A DNA stretch of 64,000 bases from a virus, in IMG/VR virus record IMGVR_UViG_3300030061_003170; one strand, given 5' to 3'. The translations under genes were made by a program, and so were the position numbers. Below are positions 58,650 to 64,000 of this stretch, in pieces (positions within the stretch are counted from its first letter, which is position 1; each line of letters starts with the position of its first letter). The notes beneath the pieces are model-generated. The model was not told the origin of the DNA, did no database searches, and worked only from the letters and a program-made list of their open reading frames with translations.

Positions 58650-58730
58650 GGCCCTGGGTGGCAGGGGGGAGGGGGGAGGACCCCCCACCGTCGAAACGTG
58701 TTTCGGTCTGTTTCGGTGTTCGTTGTTTCG
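58650..58730. repeat. G/C tracts and short GTTTCG repeats
   Basis: G6-A-G6-AGGA-C6; GTTTCG at 58700, 58710, 58725, GTTCG at 58718, inverted CGAAAC at 58692. Confidence 0.55.
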
Positions 58731-59375
58731 TTATGCTTCGGGCTGCATCTCGGTGAACTGCTCACCCAACTCGGCAAGCATCCACTCGGGAACGTCGGCA
58801 TCCTCGGCATCGTCGTACCCCCCGTCTACGGTAGCGGTGCGCTGGGCTTCGTCGGCAATCTCTTGCAACTTGCGAGCCTTGACTTCTGCGATAGGCTCAG
58901 GCTTGACACAGCCACGCCCAGTGAACTCTGCCTCAAAGGTATCGTAGCGGTCGTCACCAACGAGGATCACGCTGTCGATAGAACGGTCAAGCAGCCACAA
59001 CTCCTTTTCTGACTTGGAGCCGAAAGAGATACAGTCAGCAATCTGGCGTAGTGTCTCAGTGACGAAACCACCAAGGCCAAACTTAGCGACACGCTCAACG
59101 TCGAAACGCAAGGTATCGATTTGCTCACACTGAAGCAGGGTAATACCGGCACCTCCCATAACGCCATTGAAAAGAACGTAGCAGTCACCGTGGAACATAG
59201 AGTAAGCAGCATTGCCATTATCGCGCACGCTCTGAGCAGGGTAACGTCGGTGTTCAAGAACCTCGTCAATGGTATTGGTGATAAGGGTACGTGCTTCCAC
59301 ACGGTCCTCGATGCTGATAGCAGCACGTCGGTTAGCAAGTTCGTTAGCGATGAAAGTTTCTACTGAGTTAGGCAT
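58731..59375 (-). CDS. 214-aa hypothetical early protein
   Basis: AAGGAG RBS, own array promoter. Confidence 0.75.
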   Translation of the reverse strand: MPNSVETFIANELANRRAAISIEDRVEARTLITNTIDEVLEHRRYPAQSVRDNGNAAYSMFHGDCYVLFNGVMGGAGITLLQCEQIDTLRFDVERVAKFGLGGFVTETLRQIADCISFGSKSEKELWLLDRSIDSVILVGDDRYDTFEAEFTGRGCVKPEPIAEVKARKLQEIADEAQRTATVDGGYDDAEDADVPEWMLAELGEQFTEMQPEA

Positions 59376-59463
59376 GGATTTCTCCTTGAGTGTTGTTGTT
59401 GTTTTCTATACTAATAATGTAACAGGTTCTAAAATGGTTGTCAAGTGAAAAGATAAACTTTTT

Positions 59464-59556
59464 TCAATCTTTTTCGATGGTCATCATAATGCTATCGTAA
59501 GCGTACCAAAAGCCAAGGGCACAAAACACCATAATGAAACAATCTACTGCAGCCAT
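59464..59556 (-). CDS. 30-aa hydrophobic microprotein
   Basis: AAGGAGG RBS, own promoter; MAAVDCFIMVFCALGFWYAYDSIMMTIEKD. Confidence 0.6.
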   Translation of the reverse strand: MAAVDCFIMVFCALGFWYAYDSIMMTIEKD

Positions 59557-59867
59557 TTGAACCTCCTTTGTTGTTCATACTAGTAATGTAACAAACCCGA
59601 TAATCCTTGTCAAGTGTTTTTTGTTACTTTTCTCACTTTTTTTGTCCTCCACGATAATCCACGTTCTAACTGTATTCTCACAATCGCGCTATCATACCCT
59701 CCCCTAAGAGACGGAAGAAAATAGTAGGTGCTGGGAACCATAGGCCTTGACCACAGGGGCAAAAGCACGGGGAGTCATTAGGGGCCTTGCACGATCCCCA
59801 ACACCGCTCCGTTGCATCCGCACGGAACCACACGGTTCATTAGATAGGAGAATAATGAAAAAAAATG

Positions 59868-59896
59868 TTGACAAAATCTGCCGATAATGTTAGCCT
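59868..59896 (+). promoter_or_regulatory. Plus-strand sigma70-like promoter TTGACA-N17-TAGCCT followed by CTATTTA (59900-59906)
   Basis: A-tract, perfect -35, TG-extended imperfect -10. Confidence 0.45.
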
Positions 59897-59904
59897 GAAC
59901 TATT

Positions 59905-60095
59905 TACTTATGTAATAAGCGATTGGCATCATTCTTGCGCCTGTTACACAGGCCATCGGGCGGTACTCACACAATACACACAGTCCCCCACTGCATCCAC
60001 CGCTCCCTCTCAGACCCACAAAGCCTACACGGGTTCACACACGGGTCTTTTTTGTTCTCTCCTGTCAGCATTTGCTCTTGACAGGGTTTTTTTTT
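59905..60095 (+). ncRNA. Candidate small RNA
   Basis: ORF-free, upstream promoter motifs, ends in hairpin plus T-run. Confidence 0.3.
60061..60095 (+). terminator. Intrinsic terminator-like hairpin
   Basis: CCTGTCA-N11-TGACAGG then G and nine T. Confidence 0.55.
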
Positions 60096-60146
60096 CTTTG
60101 CTTGTCCGTCACACAGGCGGTTGCAGGCGGGTGGGGTATCCGGGTA

Positions 60147-60362
60147 TCAGTCCGGTAGGCCATACTCCGTTGCGGGGTCGTTTGGTCTGATGAAATACAG
60201 CATAGAGTAAGGTAGGTCAATCTGTTCTCCTGAGGTTACTACGTTTAGGGTCACCATACCCGCCTGTTCATCTACTCTAACTATCCTACCAGCGATTATC
60301 GTTCCTGTAGTGATAATGTGCTCTAACTTGAGTATGGCTTGTTGTCCATAAAATATTTTTAT
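60147..60362 (-). CDS. 71-aa ORF with ATA start or mutated start codon
   Basis: GGAGG-ACAC-ATA; IKIFYGQQAILKLEHIITTGTIIAGRIVRVDEQAG... Confidence 0.4.
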   Translation of the reverse strand: MKIFYGQQAILKLEHIITTGTIIAGRIVRVDEQAGMVTLNVVTSGEQIDLPYSMLYFIRPNDPATEYGLPD

Positions 60363-60448
60363 GTGTCCTCCAATGTTTCAGTCGTTGATGGTTCTAATGT
60401 CATATGCCAGCAGGGCAATGCAAGCGGTCAGGCATAGGGCGATGGTCA

Positions 60449-60637
60449 TCACAGCACCCTAAGGATTTGGTAGTCGTATCCCCAGACACCGAAGTGATCC
60501 GATGGGGCATCCACCAAGTTACCAGTGAACCCAGCGCAACCGTTCTTTATGTCAACTTCTTTGTTATCGACAAGCACTCGTCTAACGCTTCCGTCAAATG
60601 TGGTGTACTCGATTATGTCTCCGACTTGATAGTTCAT
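60449..60637 (-). CDS. 62-aa hypothetical early protein
   Basis: TAATG-coupled, AAGGAG RBS; YQVGDIIEY. Confidence 0.7.
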   Translation of the reverse strand: MNYQVGDIIEYTTFDGSVRRVLVDNKEVDIKNGCAGFTGNLVDAPSDHFGVWGYDYQILRVL

Positions 60638-60867
60638 TATTGCTCCTTGGTTGGAAGTAGGTGGAATGAGATTTGAGTGTAGATGTGATAGAACAACTCA
60701 GCAAACTCGGTGTAATCGTCATAGTCCCAGTCGGTGGTGTCCATGTGTGAAACATTGGCATAATGACCGAGATACTCAACGGCTGCTGCCTTGGCTTCCT
60801 CTTCGCTTGACCATACTGTCACGTCGTTGTTGTCCATTGAACTGATAAGCAAAACTACTGCGTTCAT
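60637..60867 (-). CDS. 76-aa hypothetical early protein
   Basis: Start MNAVVLL after AAGGAG, downstream of array promoter. Confidence 0.7.
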   Translation of the reverse strand: MNAVVLLISSMDNNDVTVWSSEEEAKAAAVEYLGHYANVSHMDTTDWDYDDYTEFAELFYHIYTQISFHLLPTKEQ

Positions 60868-60942
60868 TTGTCTCTCCTTGTTTAGGTTACACTGTAATGT
60901 AACAAGGTTTGTTTTAGTTGTCAAGTGAAAAGGCAAAGTTTT

Positions 60943-61209
60943 TTAGAAACTAAATGAGTGTCTCGTGGTCACCGCCATTACAGCAGTCGGGTCTTGACTT
61001 CTCTTTGCATCCTGAGAGAGTTTCTTATGTGTTACCCACTTCTCTTTGGCCTCAGTTGTCTCGTAGGACACAAGGAACCTACCATAGAGCCAATCCATTT
61101 GCTCCGCGTGGGTTTGGTCATCCTTGAGCAAGAGTTGTGTCTCCATCACCACACCGTCGATAAAGGTCAAGGTCACGTCGTGCAGTGTCATTCCGTCATA
61201 GTGAAGCAT
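60943..61209 (-). CDS. 88-aa hypothetical early protein
   Basis: Start MLHYDGM downstream of array promoter. Confidence 0.7.
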   Translation of the reverse strand: MLHYDGMTLHDVTLTFIDGVVMETQLLLKDDQTHAEQMDWLYGRFLVSYETTEAKEKWVTHKKLSQDAKRSQDPTAVMAVTTRHSFSF

Positions 61210-61284
61210 TGTGTCTCTCTTTGTTTGGGTTACACTGTAATGTAACACGGTGGTTTTGAACTGTCAAGGAAAAAGGTAAAAATA

Positions 61285-61465
61285 ATCGTAGTGAGATTTT
61301 GAAATGGGCAGGCTCTCACTCGGCATCACATACGCCCTTAGTTGGGGATTTTCATTTGTCCTCGGTGTTGGGGTTGTCTCGTTGTGGGGTTACAGGTTTG
61401 TCGGTTACAGTCAACTATTCCGACCTCAGTTGTTACTCGCTTGCAATGTGAACCTCCTCGGCTAT
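61285..61465 (-). ncRNA. Candidate structured RNA occupying one promoter cassette
   Basis: Own array promoter; only 5-6 codon ORFs after RBS-like sites; three hairpins. Confidence 0.45.
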
Positions 61466-61519
61466 GTTAGTAATGTATCACGTTCATTTTAGTTTGTCAA
61501 GGAAAAAGATAAACTTTTT

Positions 61520-61726
61520 TCAACCCCAGACAGGTGCGTTATGCTTCACGTCGTGGATTGCGACAATGAGATCCTGCTCTTCAACTTTCCAAGTATCACA
61601 GATAATGTTGATTAGGTCTTGAGCACCATCGGCCCATGTTTCGTTGGATTGGTTTGCTAGGAATGATTGAGCACCATTGGTCAATCGCTCTCGGTAAGTG
61701 AAAAGATTTTCAATCAGTACGGTCAT
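61520..61726 (-). CDS. 68-aa hypothetical early protein
   Basis: AAGGAG RBS, own promoter. Confidence 0.75.
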   Translation of the reverse strand: MTVLIENLFTYRERLTNGAQSFLANQSNETWADGAQDLINIICDTWKVEEQDLIVAIHDVKHNAPVWG

Positions 61727-61801
61727 TGTCTCTCCTTTGTTGGTTACACTAGTAATGTATCACGTTCAGATTATTTGTCAAGGAAAAAGGCAAACTTTTT
61801 T

Positions 61802-62023
61802 TCACTTTTCTCTCTCGGCAAGTTGTGCCCTTGCGAGTTTCACGAACAGGGGAGCATATTCTTTCTGCTCTACGAAAAGGTCAACCGCATCAATGTGATC
61901 CTGAATGTCGAAAGCATCGACCGTAATCCTGTCTGACAGCCAGTTAGCATCGCGTTGAAGTTGGATGGCAAAGTCAGGGTTCGCTCGGCAAAGTGCAACG
62001 AGCATATCGTAGAATGAAAGCAT
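61802..62023 (-). CDS. 73-aa hypothetical early protein
   Basis: GGAG RBS, own promoter. Confidence 0.75.
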   Translation of the reverse strand: MLSFYDMLVALCRANPDFAIQLQRDANWLSDRITVDAFDIQDHIDAVDLFVEQKEYAPLFVKLARAQLAEREK

Positions 62024-62106
62024 TGTGTCTCCGTTGTTGTGTTGTTCTCTCTAATAATGTAACAAGGTCATCCAAACTTGTCAAGCGAAAAGGCAAACTT
62101 TTTTGA

Positions 62107-62205
62107 TTATTTTTTGTTTGGCTTGATGCAGTGCTGGTAGACGGTATCGGCAATGATGAAACCGGGCAGGATCACGAGCAGCAAAAAGGAAATAGCGAAA
62201 AGCAT
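62107..62205 (-). CDS. 32-aa membrane microprotein
   Basis: AGGAG RBS; MLFAISFLLLVILPGFIIADTVYQHCIKPNKK. Confidence 0.6.
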   Translation of the reverse strand: MLFAISFLLLVILPGFIIADTVYQHCIKPNKK

Positions 62206-62224
62206 GGTTGCTCCTGTTTGGGGT

Positions 62225-62428
62225 TTAGAGATTGTCCATCGCTTGGATATGTCGATACTTGATGGCACGAACACGATACCTGTGACTATACCCTTGGTAG
62301 GTCTGACCAACTTTCCGACGGTCATGGAGATTAGAGACGTATCGGTCCTCGACTACCGCTCCCTTGAGTGCCCCAGACAAGATTTCTTTTTCGATAATGA
62401 CAGTTTGCATTTTAGGTCTAAGTTGCAT
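62225..62428 (-). CDS. 67-aa hypothetical early protein
   Basis: GGAGG RBS, start MQLRPK. Confidence 0.7.
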   Translation of the reverse strand: MQLRPKMQTVIIEKEILSGALKGAVVEDRYVSNLHDRRKVGQTYQGYSHRYRVRAIKYRHIQAMDNL

Positions 62429-62479
62429 TGTTCCTCCGTTGTTGGTTATGTTCATAATGTAACAGGTTCAAAAGATTTG

Positions 62480-62620
62480 TCAAGGAGAAAGTTCAAAAAA
62501 GTTTCCAAACCATTCGCCAAGTTCCATTCCTAGGACGATGCAACCAAAAGCACTTCCAATCATAATCAGCCAAAAAACAAGTGCTTTCTCGTAACTGTCA
62601 ATGTATCTGAAAAGGTTCAT
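62480..62620 (-). CDS. 46-aa membrane microprotein
   Basis: AAGGAG RBS; MNLFRYIDSYEKALVFWLIMIGSAFGCIVLGMELGEWFGNFFELSP; stop lies in next -35 box. Confidence 0.6.
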   Translation of the reverse strand: MNLFRYIDSYEKALVFWLIMIGSAFGCIVLGMELGEWFGNFFELSP

Positions 62621-62694
62621 TATGTCTCCTTGTTTGGGTTACACTGTAATGTAACAAGGTAGGAATAATCTGTCAAGGAAAAAGGCAAACTTTT

Positions 62695-63054
62695 TTAGTT
62701 TTTTTCTACGCTTCCCGACAGACCGCCATCAATGACCCTTAGCCCCGGTTTAGGTTCCTCCACCGGTGGGGATAACTCTTCAATAAGATTATCAACAATG
62801 TCGCGAACGCGGGAGGTTACCAAGTCATCCAAGGCTTTGAGTGTCTCCTCGAAAATCTCAAGGTCTTGCTCGACTAACTTCGTTTGCAACTGGCCCTCTC
62901 GCTCTCTCCGGCTTTCATAGATTTCTTCGCATCCATCGAAGATTTCATCATTATGTTGTGCTCGTAGGGTGCTGATGTATTTCCAAGTCAGCAGAAACAA
63001 TCCATAGTCGCTGATTGCAGCGAGATTGTCGGCTAGGTCTCTGGGGTTACGCAT
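62695..63054 (-). CDS. 119-aa helical early protein ending PGLRVIDGG
   Basis: GGAG RBS, start MRNPRD. Confidence 0.7.
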   Translation of the reverse strand: MRNPRDLADNLAAISDYGLFLLTWKYISTLRAQHNDEIFDGCEEIYESRREREGQLQTKLVEQDLEIFEETLKALDDLVTSRVRDIVDNLIEELSPPVEEPKPGLRVIDGGLSGSVEKN

Positions 63055-63199
63055 AACTACTCTCCGAGATGTAACCGTCAAACCAGTCAAGGCCTGAAGT
63101 GCTGGGGTCGTTACAGTGTTCTTGTGCTTCCTCTAAGGTCACTCCTGCTTTGATAACTTGACTAGGGCCGTCTCTGTGGTAGCGGATGATAAGATACAT
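63047..63199 (-). CDS. 50-aa hypothetical early protein
   Basis: AGGAG RBS; MYLIIRYHRDGPSQVIKAGVTLEEAQEHCNDPSTSGLDWFDGY... Confidence 0.65.
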   Translation of the reverse strand: MYLIIRYHRDGPSQVIKAGVTLEEAQEHCNDPSTSGLDWFDGYISESSYA

Positions 63200-63274
63200 G
63201 GATGCTCCTGTGTGGGGGTGTGGTAGTAATGTAACAGGTTGATTTTAGTTTGTCAAGGAAAATGGTAAACTTTT

Positions 63275-63781
63275 TTAGATTGTGCTCCTACTGTAAAACT
63301 TTTCTCTTTGTTCTTCCTCTCGTTTCTTTCGAGCAGTATGAACGGTTTTTGGTGCCCTAAGGGGTAGTTTTTTTATCTCTCTGAGAGGGACACAAAAGTG
63401 TCTAGCGCATCTATCTACCAACTTATGATAAGAGCCTGATTTTTTCGAGTTAGACCAGTCAAAAAGTCTCTTGGTTTCAATACCGATTTTTTTTCCAACC
63501 CGAATAACACCGTCGCTTTCCCTGATAAAATCGTATTCATGGCCAACTTGATAAAGGTCGTCAGCGTTTGATTGACATTTCTTGATGATCTCACGTCTTA
63601 GCATTTCACCGCAATCCTCTCTCGTTACTGCCGTATCATTGCATTTCAAAAACATCATTAGAAAATCTTCACGCGAAAATGCAGGAGTGCCCACCGTTGT
63701 TATGTTGCCTGTTGAGAATGAAGTTGCTATTTTGTCGGGTGCGCCAATCTGCGAGGACCAAGTGATAAAAAGTTTTCCCAT
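63275..63781 (-). CDS. 168-aa basic hypothetical early protein
   Basis: GGAG RBS, own promoter. Confidence 0.75.
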   Translation of the reverse strand: MGKLFITWSSQIGAPDKIATSFSTGNITTVGTPAFSREDFLMMFLKCNDTAVTREDCGEMLRREIIKKCQSNADDLYQVGHEYDFIRESDGVIRVGKKIGIETKRLFDWSNSKKSGSYHKLVDRCARHFCVPLREIKKLPLRAPKTVHTARKKREEEQREKFYSRSTI

Positions 63782-63857
63782 TGTTTCTCCGTTATGTGGG
63801 TATGGTAGTAATGTAACAGGTTGATTTTAGTTTGTCAAGGAAAATGGTAAACTTTTT

Positions 63858-64000
63858 TTATGTTTCGATTACTTCCTCGAACAATGCGGTGACAGCAGCA
63901 AATAACTCGTCCGTGCTTTCGTAGTCATTATCTTTCCATCCGTCATAGTGATGTTCGCCCATATATTTCACGCAATCCACAACTTTAGGGCCGAATAGAG
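63858..64000 (-). CDS. 3' end of a hypothetical protein entering from the right edge
   Basis: ...KYMGEHHYDGWKDNDYESTDELFAAVTALFEEVIET stop, fused to cassette A-tract. Confidence 0.55.
   Translation of the reverse strand, partial: LFGPKVVDCVKYMGEHHYDGWKDNDYESTDELFAAVTALFEEVIET

Larger units (their letters stand above)
59411..63860 (-). repeat. Array of 11 conserved ~55-bp promoter cassettes (A-tract/UP, TTGACA-N16/17-TACATT with extended TG)
   Basis: -10/-35 spans at 59416-59444, 59585-59613, 60896-60924, 61239-61267, 61472-61500, 61754-61781, 62056-62084, 62456-62483, 62648-62676, 63228-63256, 63810-63838; 63221-63276 identical to 63803-63858. Confidence 0.92.

Noticed and set aside
58541-59366. 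ORFs 58541-58810, 58588-58947, 58698-59012, 58967-59338, 59121-59366
   Set aside because: Arise from local high GC; overlap the 214-aa gene or low-complexity DNA and lack RBS
679-63824. Numerous plus-strand and nested short ORFs in the ORF track
   Set aside because: Shadows of longer minus-strand genes, without RBS or recognisable motifs
59411-63860. CRISPR array or true integron attC array
   Set aside because: Intervals are irregular (about 170-1300 bp) and coding; repeats are promoter-shaped, variable in the spacer, not palindromic; no cas operon or integrase in the window
1-64000. Alternative genetic code
   Set aside because: Long intact ORFs and high coding density with the standard code; TAA, TAG and TGA all act as stops

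Overview
A 64 kb segment of a large, T4-superfamily-like myovirus genome. Every credible protein gene is on the minus strand, and genes are tightly coupled. Left to right: (1) 1-21.3 kb is a baseplate/tail module (LamG-rich giant proteins, gp6-like and gp25-like wedge subunits, spike, tail muramidase). (2) A gp55-like late sigma factor follows. (3) 22.7-38.5 kb is a ~16-gene glycan cluster: Gmd/ColD/Fcl-type GDP-deoxysugar pathway, a sugar-phosphate cyclase/aminotransferase/SDR/CMP-transferase block, GT29-, GT10-, GT11-, GT2- and GT4-like transferases, and a sulfotransferase. (4) Next come a Cas4-like nuclease, PhoH, HNH, tRNA-Arg(UCU) and a eukaryote-type phosphomannomutase. (5) 41-58.5 kb holds unrelated proteins (kinase, HAD-Nudix, metallopeptidase, polybasic proteins) sharing a MKFTxxQIxxIIKEE-type motif and LxE sites, candidate capsid-targeted cargo. 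(6) 59.4-64 kb is an array of 11 copies of a conserved sigma70-type promoter cassette, most fused to the stop codon of the upstream gene and driving one or a few small ORFs; one drives a structured non-coding RNA. A second recurrent intergenic motif (CTATTTA on the coding strand) is the candidate late promoter. All product calls are by-eye motif recognition; no database searches were run.
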